DNA from: a virus
Taxonomy: Duplodnaviria > Caudoviricetes
Length of the DNA stretch: 64,000 bases
Strand: one strand, 5' to 3'
IMG/VR virus record: IMGVR_UViG_3300028797_000100
Span: 99,721 to 163,720 of that record
Positions 40,216-51,083 of this stretch are shown piece by piece. The translations under genes were made by a program, and so were the position numbers. The notes under the pieces are model-generated. The model ran no database searches, was not told where the DNA came from, and was given only the letters and a program-made list of their open reading frames with translations. The first letter of the stretch is position 1; every line of letters begins with the position of its first letter.

Positions 40216-41961
40216 TTATTGTTTATCCCAAGCGTATACTCTATTGACGAGTGAATGCCAGTCGTTCATAACGGCATTGGATATTGATGCAAACATGTTA
40301 TTTGCAGCGGCAGTAGCAAGAGCCAGACGTGTTGCAGTACGCATAGAACCATTTACACGATACTTATCAACACCACATGATTGTGCAATGTAGTCGAACA
40401 TACCATTGTTGTTTAAGAATACAGCCGGTTTGTTCATTGGAGACGTAACTAATGTATGCTGCAGGTCCTTGATGTTGATTGTTACGTCAACAACTGTAGG
40501 CCAACCATTTATAGATACATCTTTACCTGTAGGATTCTTTGATACAGATACTGATTCAACCATTGCCAAACGAGAACCCCACATACCAGGAATGTTACAC
40601 TGGATTACAGGAGGATACTCATATGCAGATGCATTGTTCTTTGACATCTGAGGTAAAGCTAAACCATAGATGAAGAATAATGGTACAAGTATATCTACAA
40701 GATATGAATATGCATCACCGGCGTTTGCAACAAGATGAACCGTTACTGACATTGATGATGTTGAAGTATGTGACTGGAATACTTCCGGATATATTGTATG
40801 ATCACCAGTATATGAACGTGCCATTGATGATGCAATAGCTGCAGTGAACTTACCATGACCCTTGGACATACTCTTCATTACATCCTGAGCAGCTTCACGT
40901 GCTTCACTACCGAGTTTGATTACAGCATCTTTAGATGATGAAACTGTGGAGTTCGTAAGAAAAGCAATCTCAGCACCAACACTGCTACCCATGTTAATTA
41001 CAGATGAGAATATCTGTGATTGACCAATGTTGTTAGTATAGCTTTCTGAGATAGATGCAGGATCTATCATGAATGAAACGTACTGAGATGTGTCACCATT
41101 ATCAGATGCTTTCTCGGTAACCTGACCAAGACCAGATGTAGGAGTGATAAAACGATAGTTTGCCCAAGCATCACTTTCAGGATTCTTATCATCTATATCA
41201 ATCATTCCTATTGGAAGATAATTATCACCGATTCTTACACAAGCATTCTGTAATCCTAACATGATAACGGCTGTATTGATCATCATCTTTACATTATTAA
41301 TGTAGGAATACCAGTCTGCTTCGAATGTATAGAATGGCTGTTGTACTGATAATGATGTAAGCAACGATGCTAACAACGCACCAGATCCCTGACCAGCTAC
41401 ATCTGCAATATTACTCAATCCAACATCTTTACTACTAACATCGATTGCCAAAGCATCATCATCAACATCATCTCTTGTTGCATTGAGAGCTGATTTTATT
41501 TGGCCAAATGATAAGAGTTCATCTTCCTCCAGATCCATCTGACCATATGCTTCTTCATAAGCTTCTTTGGAGGCACTATCTTGAACTGATGCTGCTATAC
41601 TGTTACCTCCAGCCATTGGTTCATCATTCTGACCATAGATGTCATACTTGCTGAGAGCCTTGGCATAATAGTAAGCTTCTCTGATAATGGTAGCTTTACT
41701 ACTCATACCTCCAGTGAATCTAGCACGTCCTACATTGAAATGTATGATGTTCGCATCCTGAAGAATCTTTGTTAAATAGAAATCTCCAACAGCTCCTGGA
41801 TGTGTACCATCCGAACTTAAGATTCTCATGTCGCACTGATTTGTTAACTGTGGAGGTGCTCCAAGTAAACGTGGTGAATAATATCTCAATAGGGGTGATG
41901 TTTGTGATGGCGACATATCATCAACTGTCGTCTCAGCTCCCGGTAATATATATTTAGCCAT
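40216..41961 (-). CDS. Putative tail/baseplate structural protein
   Basis: C-terminal PPVIQCNIPG..AMVESVSV...GWPTVVDVTINIKD resembles tail-tube/baseplate-cap-like folds. Confidence 0.5.
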   Translation of the reverse strand: MAKYILPGAETTVDDMSPSQTSPLLRYYSPRLLGAPPQLTNQCDMRILSSDGTHPGAVGDFYLTKILQDANIIHFNVGRARFTGGMSSKATIIREAYYYAKALSKYDIYGQNDEPMAGGNSIAASVQDSASKEAYEEAYGQMDLEEDELLSFGQIKSALNATRDDVDDDALAIDVSSKDVGLSNIADVAGQGSGALLASLLTSLSVQQPFYTFEADWYSYINNVKMMINTAVIMLGLQNACVRIGDNYLPIGMIDIDDKNPESDAWANYRFITPTSGLGQVTEKASDNGDTSQYVSFMIDPASISESYTNNIGQSQIFSSVINMGSSVGAEIAFLTNSTVSSSKDAVIKLGSEAREAAQDVMKSMSKGHGKFTAAIASSMARSYTGDHTIYPEVFQSHTSTSSMSVTVHLVANAGDAYSYLVDILVPLFFIYGLALPQMSKNNASAYEYPPVIQCNIPGMWGSRLAMVESVSVSKNPTGKDVSINGWPTVVDVTINIKDLQHTLVTSPMNKPAVFLNNNGMFDYIAQSCGVDKYRVNGSMRTATRLALATAAANNMFASISNAVMNDWHSLVNRVYAWDKQ

Positions 41962-42028
41962 ATTTATATATCTCCTTTCATTTATACTTAAAGATACAAA
42001 TTACTTAATTAAATGGAGGTCGAATAAT

Positions 42029-42850
42029 ATGCATGTTAAAGACATCACTTTATCTTTCAAAGAAACATATGAGGAAGATACAATACTTCCTTACTTATTA
42101 AAAAATAACATTGATAATGAGAAATACTTTCAAACAATATTCTTCGAAATAACAATGGATGTTAATCTTACAGACAGTCTCATGGATATGGTTTATCGTA
42201 TATTCTATGAAGATATCTATTTACATAATCATGATGCTAAAACTGATCATGAAAGAATATCATTCTATGACGATGATACAAGAACTTTCTATATGCAGGT
42301 AAACTTGTCAGAACTCATAGGATATATTAACATGACCGCTCCACCATTGATACTTAATCTCATTAAGAATCAGGGCTACAAGGACATTGATGAATTCATT
42401 TCTGTATTGAAGGAATTACTTATTCAGGAAAGAATACGCGTTCCATACTATACAATGAAATTCAAAGAGTGTATGGGATTGAATCAATTCCAAACAAAGA
42501 CAACTTATAACTTTGATCGTATAGATGCTCTTCGTAGTCTCAATAGTGGTAAAGATCCCGTTGTAGATCTCGAAGCAGCCTTTGGCTATACAATTGAAGA
42601 AGTGGCCACTACAGATGTTGAAGAAGTGCATTTACAATGCGTGATTAATTTCATGAATGATGATCACGTAAATTTCTGGTTGCCAGATATACTTGATGAT
42701 TTATGTGGTCGTGATTCTATTATAAATGTATTCAAGGATGATAAACGAGGATACTTTATAGAATTAAACATTCCCGAGTATTCATCAAAGAAGTATGGAT
42801 ACATTGATTCCTTGATAAAGAGATCTTATGCGTTAATCTTTAATAAATGA
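42029..42850 (+). CDS. Hypothetical protein
   Basis: RBS ggagg; followed by the terminator aagcccc-cataag-ggggctt. Confidence 0.7.
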   Translation: MHVKDITLSFKETYEEDTILPYLLKNNIDNEKYFQTIFFEITMDVNLTDSLMDMVYRIFYEDIYLHNHDAKTDHERISFYDDDTRTFYMQVNLSELIGYINMTAPPLILNLIKNQGYKDIDEFISVLKELLIQERIRVPYYTMKFKECMGLNQFQTKTTYNFDRIDALRSLNSGKDPVVDLEAAFGYTIEEVATTDVEEVHLQCVINFMNDDHVNFWLPDILDDLCGRDSIINVFKDDKRGYFIELNIPEYSSKKYGYIDSLIKRSYALIFNK

Positions 42851-43050
42851 AATAAGCCCCCATAAGGGGGCTTAAATATTTTTTTTTATTTTTAAAGACA
42901 TATATCGTTCATATGCATATATGGGAATGAATTATAAATAATTCCTAAAATTTATATTTTAAACACATATATGTTTCATATGATATCAATACGGAAAAGC
43001 ATGCAGCCGTATTGAGCAATAGCATTAACGTTATAAGGAGGATTTTAAGT

Positions 43051-44568
43051 ATGAACATTTCAGGTATTCTTAAAGTCTGCGCTATTGTTGGTCTTTCTGC
43101 AGTTACTATGGTAAGTACGATGCTTAAAGTTAAAGAGGAACAGAATGGTCTGATCAACCAGAATGTACCTGCTTTCAATAATGGCAATCCTTATAATAGT
43201 AACATGGGAGAGATGAATATGTATAACAATAACGCATATGGTTCACAAAGTCGCAGATTCTATGGATGTGCGCAGCCATCATATCCGATGGCTAATGGCC
43301 CAATGGGTCCCTATCAACAGCCGATGAGACCTCTGACATTTGGGTCTCCAATTCCACAACCTTCCGCACAGCTGCAAATGGCTCTGGCCCAGTGTGGTTA
43401 TCCATGTTACAATAGTGCAGTTGCATATCAGGGAGGTTTCAATGCTGTTCAGCAGTATGGTTATCAGCCATCAGGTTATTCAAGAAGAAACATGATGCCT
43501 AATGGTATGATGTATCAGCAGCCACAGCCTCAGCAGATGACATATCCAAATCCATTCGTAAACCAGTGTATGGGTAACGGTGTATATCGTGAGCCCACAT
43601 ATAGTCAGTATGGATATGGTTATGGTAATGACAGTGGCGTAGCAGCATTGTATTCTGGAGGAAGCAATTATGGTTATGGCTACTCCAATGACTATGGATA
43701 TGGCGGAAACTATCAGCAGCCTCAACAGCAGCCACAGCCACAGGTTCAGACATTAGGAAATTATAATGCGAATCTGATTGGTAGTGCAGCTAGGTATAGG
43801 TGTTGGTCTCCAGAGACATCTGGTAGTTCCTGCACATATTATGGATATGATGACAACATGCCGTCATATCCAGCGTCAGCTCCACCTCAGCAACCACCGA
43901 GAATGATGCAACCCCAACCAATGATGAATAATGGTTATGGGTTTCAGCAGCCCCCTATGATGACTCCACCTCCACAGCAGCAGAATCAGTATAATGATGA
44001 ACAGATGAAGCTGTATGCAGAGATCGAGAGATTCAAACAGTCCGAGGCTGCTAGAGCAAATGCAATGCGTCAGCAACCACCTAGATCAATGAGTGATCCT
44101 ATGGATGGACGTTTACACAATACCATCCGTCCATTCAGTGCAGAGAATGCATGGTATTCGGCTAGTGAGATGCAGGCTCCTCAACAGCCACAACCTCAAC
44201 CGTCGAATGTCACAGTTGCACCAATACCACCATTCATGCAGAATGGTCCGGCAGAGATGCAGCAACCAAATCCACCACAGTCAGTAGGTGGTAGTTCTAT
44301 AACATGGGATGCTATGTTGTCGAATGGTAATCATCAACAAGAACCAGCACCAGCAAATCCAACAAATCCCGAGGATATTGTGATGCAGTTTGGTGATAAC
44401 TGGGTTCCAGTAGAACAGCAGGCAGAAGCATATAACACACCACCACAACAGCAGCAACAACCACAACAAGCTGTAGGTGTACAACCGTTGTATACGATGC
44501 CTGAACAACAACCCCAGCAACCTCCGATACAGATGTCACCACCAAAAGAGACATTCTCAATGGTGTAA
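43051..44568 (+). CDS. Low-complexity Q/P/G/Y/N/M-rich (prion-like) protein with N-terminal hydrophobic helix
   Basis: ATG 43051 follows RBS aaggagg. N-terminus ILKVCAIVGLSAVTMVSTML. Contains YGYGY and QQPQ repeats. Two promoter motifs upstream, at 42898 and 42965. Confidence 0.8.
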   Translation: MNISGILKVCAIVGLSAVTMVSTMLKVKEEQNGLINQNVPAFNNGNPYNSNMGEMNMYNNNAYGSQSRRFYGCAQPSYPMANGPMGPYQQPMRPLTFGSPIPQPSAQLQMALAQCGYPCYNSAVAYQGGFNAVQQYGYQPSGYSRRNMMPNGMMYQQPQPQQMTYPNPFVNQCMGNGVYREPTYSQYGYGYGNDSGVAALYSGGSNYGYGYSNDYGYGGNYQQPQQQPQPQVQTLGNYNANLIGSAARYRCWSPETSGSSCTYYGYDDNMPSYPASAPPQQPPRMMQPQPMMNNGYGFQQPPMMTPPPQQQNQYNDEQMKLYAEIERFKQSEAARANAMRQQPPRSMSDPMDGRLHNTIRPFSAENAWYSASEMQAPQQPQPQPSNVTVAPIPPFMQNGPAEMQQPNPPQSVGGSSITWDAMLSNGNHQQEPAPANPTNPEDIVMQFGDNWVPVEQQAEAYNTPPQQQQQPQQAVGVQPLYTMPEQQPQQPPIQMSPPKETFSMV

Positions 44569-44674
44569 ATAAAGTTGATGTAAATGTCAACCGATATGTA
44601 TCTGGTCGTAGGAATAAGTATATTTACATGGAGAAATTCATGTGATATAAAATAAAGAAAAGGAGGATGATTTG

Positions 44675-45112
44675 ATGGATATCAAATCAGTAAACATTGA
44701 TGATGTTTTCAATGGAGCTAACACAACTCTTGGTACCATGTATGCAGCAGCAAACGTGCTGTATGATGGATGGAACAATATCAAGAACTCTATGTCATCA
44801 TCAAGAAGAAACATGAATAGCGGTTATGGATATGGCTATGGTTATGGTGGAAACAACTATGGCTATGGTTATGGCCAGCCAGCATCCTATGGATATGGAT
44901 ATGCCGATTATGGTTATCCTCAGCAGGGTGGTTATCCTTATGGCAATTCAATGTATCCGTATCCTAACAATGGTGGATTCTCCAATCCGGGATATTTTGG
45001 ATTCACTGATCCTAGCTATGGTTTAAATCCTGGCATGAATCAGCAGAATGGTCCTGTATTGGATATGATGCCTAATATGAACTGTCCTCAGGGAGGAGCG
45101 TGGGGTCTCTAA
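44675..45112 (+). CDS. Gly/Tyr-rich low-complexity protein
   Basis: RBS aaggagg; GYGYGYGYGG repeats; SSRRNMN motif. Confidence 0.8.
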   Translation: MDIKSVNIDDVFNGANTTLGTMYAAANVLYDGWNNIKNSMSSSRRNMNSGYGYGYGYGGNNYGYGYGQPASYGYGYADYGYPQQGGYPYGNSMYPYPNNGGFSNPGYFGFTDPSYGLNPGMNQQNGPVLDMMPNMNCPQGGAWGL

Positions 45113-45474
45113 TGGCTTTCGTAGAGTTCTGTCTCGGTAAAGCAAATGGTGATCAGATCGATACACCGTTCTTTACAGAAGATCATGATTGGGTGTCACC
45201 ACCAGCGCAGTATAAGAAACCCTTGGACGTACTGATTAAGAACATGAAGATCAAACGTGACATTCTTGATAGAGTCAGTGTTCCGTATGTCGAGAATGCA
45301 TTCAGTGGGGATTATAAATCCATCCTTGATGAAAAACTCGAGGATGGAGAAGTCCCTGATTCAATGATAGAATATTTATCAGATGGAATCTTTGGCAAGA
45401 AGATCAATGATCTGGAGTATAATCAGAGATCCATAATAAAAGTTCTGTCAGTCTACATCTGTATACAAAATTAA
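45112..45474 (+). CDS. Hypothetical protein
   Basis: TAATG stop/start overlap at 45110-45114. Confidence 0.7.
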   Translation: MAFVEFCLGKANGDQIDTPFFTEDHDWVSPPAQYKKPLDVLIKNMKIKRDILDRVSVPYVENAFSGDYKSILDEKLEDGEVPDSMIEYLSDGIFGKKINDLEYNQRSIIKVLSVYICIQN

Positions 45475-45495
45475 TTCCATAAGGAGGAAATTACA

Positions 45496-46137
45496 ATGGC
45501 AACAGTAGTAAACAAGGCCGGTATCCAGCCTATTCCTTGTGATAGATATACTATCACAGCATCACAGGTAGTCAAGTATCTTCAGGATCAGCTTGGCTTC
45601 AACATCGGTTATGACTTCACAAGATGGGTTGGTGTTTCAACAAACAATTCTTATGTAAGAATGAGAGTTGTATTCAACCCCAAGGACATCATCGCTGATT
45701 CAAACTCCACAGATTATGTTGATAAGATCCTCGAGGCAAGTGGCGCTGGTATTCAGTTCAAGGATACAGTTATGTCAGCTCTCAAGCCTTATATGTTCCC
45801 TGAGAATCTTGGCTATGCTCAGACAACTCAGGAAGAGGCAGACAGAAGATATGTTCTCGGTATCGCTGGTGATAGATGGGAAGAGCTTCTCAGGTTTGCT
45901 AAGCTCACATATAATCCTCAGGCAAAGCTGTTCAGACTCTATCTCCGTCCTGAGAGAATCATCGCTGACATGCTTGCAGATCCTTCAACAGATGAGATCG
46001 ATGGCAATATGTCTATCACAGGCGTAAGCGGTACAACATCTGATACTATTCGTTGGGAAGTATCTGTTGAGAGAAAGAATGCAGAATTCGTTGCAGGTTC
46101 AGACCTCTCAATGGATCAGATCTTCTATAGACACTAA
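45496..46137 (+). CDS. Hypothetical protein
   Basis: RBS aaggagg; terminator at 46148-46173. Confidence 0.8.
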   Translation: MATVVNKAGIQPIPCDRYTITASQVVKYLQDQLGFNIGYDFTRWVGVSTNNSYVRMRVVFNPKDIIADSNSTDYVDKILEASGAGIQFKDTVMSALKPYMFPENLGYAQTTQEEADRRYVLGIAGDRWEELLRFAKLTYNPQAKLFRLYLRPERIIADMLADPSTDEIDGNMSITGVSGTTSDTIRWEVSVERKNAEFVAGSDLSMDQIFYRH

Positions 46138-46199
46138 TTGATGATTAATGGAAGCGGGGCTTCCCGCTTCCATATCATTCATATCTTTGGAGGTTAACC

Positions 46200-47297
46200 A
46201 TGATTATCGAATTAAATCAGATGATAGATCTTATCGATGATTTCTATAGCAGCGCTGATATGAAAGAGATGCTCATTGGTGGTATTGCTGGTACTCCAAT
46301 AAATAAGTTAGCCATCGAAGGTTGTACTAAATATACAAAGTTCGAAAAGATACTTATAATCGAAGGATGTCAGGATTATATAGGATTACTCAAGAATCCT
46401 ATTTCAAATGTAAAGCATTGGTCGGATCTATTTGTTGAGGAAATAGTTCCACCACTTGTACCATATGATCCATGGAAACCCAAGATATTTCAAGAGGCAC
46501 CGGCATTTGTCAATAGACTCAATGTTGATATCATCAGTAAATATGAAGCAATAGTTGCGTTCGATTCTCATTTGATTCCACGTGATGTAAAGAAAGTTCT
46601 GTCTGATAGTTTTAAAGGTCAAATACTTTGGGTAACTGATCCTGTAGAAGACCTTGGTTGTATGGGTGTAGGAGGTCAAGAACTTCCAATAGTCATAGAT
46701 TCTTTATCGAAGTTATCACCCATTATAGCCATGGCACGTCAGACGCTTGGTGTTGAAACCAGAGCTGTTGATACAAAGGTACGTGGTTCAGTAATTGAGA
46801 CTGCTAGAATGAGTAATAGAACCATCGGTAAAATCGACGACAAACAATATGTGACAAACAACTATGAATTGTTTGATGAGGTAACAAACCGTCAACGTGA
46901 AATGCAATTCAGAAAGAATCAAAAGCTTATCGTTGTAGATGACCTTGTTGACATGATGGAAGAGAATGGTGTGAGAAAAGCATCACTTGCACGCAACAGC
47001 ATGTTGGTTATAGATAATGCTGGAGCCAATCCTTTGATGAAACTCCGTCTCTATAATTCAAAGATATCATACTTTGCTGATCCTGTTTATAACGGTATGG
47101 GATTTAATCCAATACGTCCTAATGCACGCGGAAAGATATCCGTTGTACCAGGAAACATTATGATGATAGGCGGTTGTTTCCCATATCATAGATATAATCA
47201 TACAGTCGTTGTGTTAGCATATCCCCTTGAGATTAGGCAAAAGTATAGCGTGCTTAAGAATAGTAACAACGTGACAGTCGTTGATAAATCTAAATGA
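46200..47297 (+). CDS. Degenerate Dda/RecD-like SF1 helicase homolog
   Basis: IGGIAGTP (cf. GxAGTGKT), VAFDSHLI (cf. IIDEASMV), LWVTDP (cf. LFVGDP), SPIIAMA. Confidence 0.5.
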   Translation: MIIELNQMIDLIDDFYSSADMKEMLIGGIAGTPINKLAIEGCTKYTKFEKILIIEGCQDYIGLLKNPISNVKHWSDLFVEEIVPPLVPYDPWKPKIFQEAPAFVNRLNVDIISKYEAIVAFDSHLIPRDVKKVLSDSFKGQILWVTDPVEDLGCMGVGGQELPIVIDSLSKLSPIIAMARQTLGVETRAVDTKVRGSVIETARMSNRTIGKIDDKQYVTNNYELFDEVTNRQREMQFRKNQKLIVVDDLVDMMEENGVRKASLARNSMLVIDNAGANPLMKLRLYNSKISYFADPVYNGMGFNPIRPNARGKISVVPGNIMMIGGCFPYHRYNHTVVVLAYPLEIRQKYSVLKNSNNVTVVDKSK

Positions 47298-48031
47298 AAG
47301 AAAGTAGTGGTGTAATGTTCGGTTATAAATTGATGCTTGTAAAGAATGCGGATCTCAAAGAACTGAAAACGTTCAAGAGTGTCGTTATCGATCTGAATGA
47401 TACGGTAGAGTCATTTGGAGAATTCATATCAGGTGGATTTGAACTTGACAGAGAAACCGCTACGTTATTGACAGAATTCAATGATGAGATCGGCGTGTAT
47501 GTTGACATGTATTTCAACAACAAATTCTCATTACCATCTAACTCGTTGGCCATGTATACAAACATGGACAAAGTGAGAAGTCATACTTTAATCATTATAG
47601 ATGCAATTAATGAATACAATAAAATACTATCTGTGCAAGGTAAGTTTCAAGCTACTTGTGACGAACTAGGTGAAGCGTATTCTAATAGCCCAGATTCAAT
47701 GATGCTTCGAAGTGAAATTCAGAAAGGTTTCCAAGGTGTATGTGATACGATTGGAAAAGCGTCGGGCGTTATTCTGAATTCATTGCTGTTGTTACATCAT
47801 TCGGTTGCTGGTGATAAAGCTAGAGTTAATTCAGGTTATGACTTCATTAAGGCTTATAAGAAACGGCTGAAAAGAATTCCTAAGGATAAAAACCTTATGA
47901 GTGAATTCACCGTTAAGTTTGCTTTGAACACTCGCTCAGATAAAGAATATTTATTAAAGGAGCGCGTTAAAGATGGTAAACAACGAAGCCGAGCTCGAGC
48001 TGCAGATGGCAGGTCTGAAAAAACAGTATGA
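47294..48031 (+). CDS. Hypothetical protein
   Basis: 245-aa ORF in an operon. Confidence 0.7.
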   Translation: MKESSGVMFGYKLMLVKNADLKELKTFKSVVIDLNDTVESFGEFISGGFELDRETATLLTEFNDEIGVYVDMYFNNKFSLPSNSLAMYTNMDKVRSHTLIIIDAINEYNKILSVQGKFQATCDELGEAYSNSPDSMMLRSEIQKGFQGVCDTIGKASGVILNSLLLLHHSVAGDKARVNSGYDFIKAYKKRLKRIPKDKNLMSEFTVKFALNTRSDKEYLLKERVKDGKQRSRARAADGRSEKTV

Positions 48032-49748
48032 CTATACTGAGTTTGCACACAATGCACACGTAAATGTTATTCCTGAATCAGATTTCAAACGTCTGGTTTC
48101 AGATACCTTTAAGACAATCACATTCGTACTCAAGCAGACATACGGTCCATATGGAGCATCAGGTATAGTATCAGATCAGGCTGATACAACTACAACTAAG
48201 GATGGATATAATGTATTCCAGTCCATAGGATTCCAGCATGCTTATAAACGCAAGGTATATCTGGCAATAAACAAAATCATCACACGAGTAAATCGTACTG
48301 TAGGTGATGGTACCACATCATGTATCTTACTTGCAGAAAAGATATTTAACAATCTTGACAAGCTTATCAACACACCTGATGAAAAGAGAGTTGCTCTCGA
48401 GTTATTATCTGAGATTGAAAAGAATCTCCAGAATAACAATGAGATTGAAGATGACGTTAGAGTAGGACTCATCAAGAAGGTTGACATCAACAACGTCAAA
48501 GCTCTCATATCAGTTGCAGCTAACTATGACGATGAACTCGTAAATGTTCTTTATGACGCATTAAACCCAACAGCTGATGAAAACGGAAACGTTGTAATCA
48601 GAACAGTCATTCCGAAGAGTGAGGTTGATATAGATGCCGGATCTAATGCAGCTTACACAGTAGATTATCTCCCGGGAGATTATCGTGTATCCGCATTTTC
48701 TGATATTGATACTTCGGCCAAGTTCAATCATCAGAAGAAGGTAAAGATTGTTTTATACGATCATTCATTCAACTCAACAGACTGGATTAATTTCATGAAG
48801 ACATGGGACCAGAGAGAGGAAGTACTCATCTTGGCTAGAGACTTCAATAGATCTTTCCTCGCTCAGGACTTTGCATCTTACGTAAATAAGATATCCTTCC
48901 AAAAGAAGGCTGATCCTAATGGTGAGCATGAAGTAAAGGTTCATCTCTTCTGGATGGGTGGTACTCATAAACAGGATGAGCTTAAGGATCTTGCTGCCGT
49001 ACTCGGTACAGAAGTACGTGATATGAATGCTTTAGAGCCAGACTTCTCAATCCTCCCTGAAGTGACAGTGTCACTCTATAAAGGAGACTGCTTGGCATTC
49101 TACGATATCAAGGGTAAAAATGACATAACACATTATCTGGAGTCACTCGATAATGAATTATCACATGATGAATCACACTCATACATCAGACTCTCAGAAT
49201 ACAAGAGACGTATCAGATCACTTAAGATGGAATCTGCTGACACACTTCTTACAGTAAAAGCGGGAACAACCCTTGAGGCAAAGATCATTATGGACAAGAT
49301 TGACGACTGTATTCACATTGTTGAATCCGGTCTTAACTCTGGTATCGTACCCAACCTGTTCAGGTACGTTCATGATAGACTTAACAGAATAAGTGATAAC
49401 TCTTCAGACTCATTCATGAAGGATATCTGTAATGGAATGAAAGATTCTATCTATGGACTATTCGATGAGATCTGGTGTTCCAAGTATGGTTCAACAGAGA
49501 CGAAGGGTAAGAACAACAATTCTGTTACAGAGCATGCAGCAATCCATTATGGTGAAGAAGTATATTCATCATTCAACATAATCGATGAAGAACATACTGA
49601 CTTGGAGAAGTTCTCAACATCAGCTCAGTATGACCTTGAGGTTACAGTTGCATCAATTGCAATTGTTAAATATCTCCTCACAAGTAGATTCTTCATCTTC
49701 GACGCAAACTTGTTACAACCTGTCAATGACGAAGGTCATTATGCATAA
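47973..49748 (+). CDS. groEL: Phage GroEL-like chaperonin
   Basis: Motifs LKQTYGPYG, TTKDGYNV, VGDGTTS, and KIDDCI...GIVP. Confidence 0.85.
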   Translation: MVNNEAELELQMAGLKKQYDYTEFAHNAHVNVIPESDFKRLVSDTFKTITFVLKQTYGPYGASGIVSDQADTTTTKDGYNVFQSIGFQHAYKRKVYLAINKIITRVNRTVGDGTTSCILLAEKIFNNLDKLINTPDEKRVALELLSEIEKNLQNNNEIEDDVRVGLIKKVDINNVKALISVAANYDDELVNVLYDALNPTADENGNVVIRTVIPKSEVDIDAGSNAAYTVDYLPGDYRVSAFSDIDTSAKFNHQKKVKIVLYDHSFNSTDWINFMKTWDQREEVLILARDFNRSFLAQDFASYVNKISFQKKADPNGEHEVKVHLFWMGGTHKQDELKDLAAVLGTEVRDMNALEPDFSILPEVTVSLYKGDCLAFYDIKGKNDITHYLESLDNELSHDESHSYIRLSEYKRRIRSLKMESADTLLTVKAGTTLEAKIIMDKIDDCIHIVESGLNSGIVPNLFRYVHDRLNRISDNSSDSFMKDICNGMKDSIYGLFDEIWCSKYGSTETKGKNNNSVTEHAAIHYGEEVYSSFNIIDEEHTDLEKFSTSAQYDLEVTVASIAIVKYLLTSRFFIFDANLLQPVNDEGHYA

Positions 49749-49846
49749 AAAGTATTTTCATCCCCGGGAATTCCCGGGGATGTTTTAATACAATTTTGTC
49801 TCTCAACAGTCTAGTACTTTAAAATTTCGCAAAGGGGAAATAGATT

Positions 49847-51083
49847 GTGAAGACTTTAAAAAATTATATATACAAAGATATCATATCAATTCTCTGTAGT
49901 GCTAAAAGGGATTTAAACAACGCAACTGCAGTGGCATTATTTGATAAAGCGATATCAGTATATCCATCGAAATCCATATATTGTTTAGCGGCACATCGAC
50001 TCATATCATATATAGAACAGAATATACGAAACGTCGATCTCATATTAGATGCAATGAGGGATGAAGGAGAAGACAAAGACATCATCGATACAATAGAATC
50101 ATTGAAGGCTTCTCCGACAATATCTACTCAGGCAGAATGCACTCGTTTATGTAATAAACTTGCAGACTATATCAAGTACGCATTAATCCTCAAAGCAAAA
50201 GAACCATTCTTAAAATGTCTGGATATCATAGAAGATGACGATGAGAATCTTCATGCAAGCATGGAGAAGTTATATGAGTTGGCTCAAGAAATAGCTAAAG
50301 CATATCAACAAGTAAACATACAATCAGTGATCCATTCATTTGACTCATCTGATATTGAAGCAATGAAGATGGCAATTGCAGATGCTAAGGATGCCAGATC
50401 TCCCGACAAGTGCATCATCACAGGAGTCAGAGGTTTGAATAACTTGTTATCACCTGGATATCTGTCTGGGTGTTTATACATATACTGTGCTCTACCAGGA
50501 AACTACAAGTCTGGTATATTATTGAAATCACACGTAGACACATTGAAGTATAATGAACACATTAAAAACACTACCAATGGAAAGACACCAATATCCATGT
50601 ATATCTCTATGGAGAATACTATGGCTCAGACTATACGTAGATTATGGAGTGTTCTGTTCCCAACAGCAGATATGAACTCTTATTCAGTTGAAGAGATCTC
50701 TGATATGATCAAGTCTGAGTTGGAAGTAAAGGGTATGCGTAGTGTTATTCTGTATTATGGTTATAGAGAGAAATCTACTAAGGATCTTGAGACTATAATC
50801 AGGTCATATAATACAGATGAATATGAGGTCGTTGCGTGTTATCTTGATTACATCAAACGAATCAGATCTGCTAGAACTGATGCGGCAGTATTATCTTCAG
50901 AAAAGTCTGAACTTCATGCAATCATGAATGAGTTAAAGAATATTGCAGCTGAGTTAAATATACCAATCGTATCAGGACATCAGCTCAATAGAGATGCAGC
51001 ACGTCAAGTTGATGAAATCGTTAAGAGTGGAGGATTCAATAAGACTGATCAGGCAATGGGTCGTAGTAACGTAGGAACTGCGT
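49847..51083 (+). CDS. DnaB-like replicative helicase, exon 1
   Basis: Walker A ALPGNYKS, ISMEN, LDYI, SGHQLNR. The reading frame stops at the intron 5' splice site. Confidence 0.85.

Noticed and set aside
1275-49816. AR9-type late promoter AACA-N6-TA
   Set aside because: I found clean matches only before 1318 and 49847, too few to distinguish from chance.
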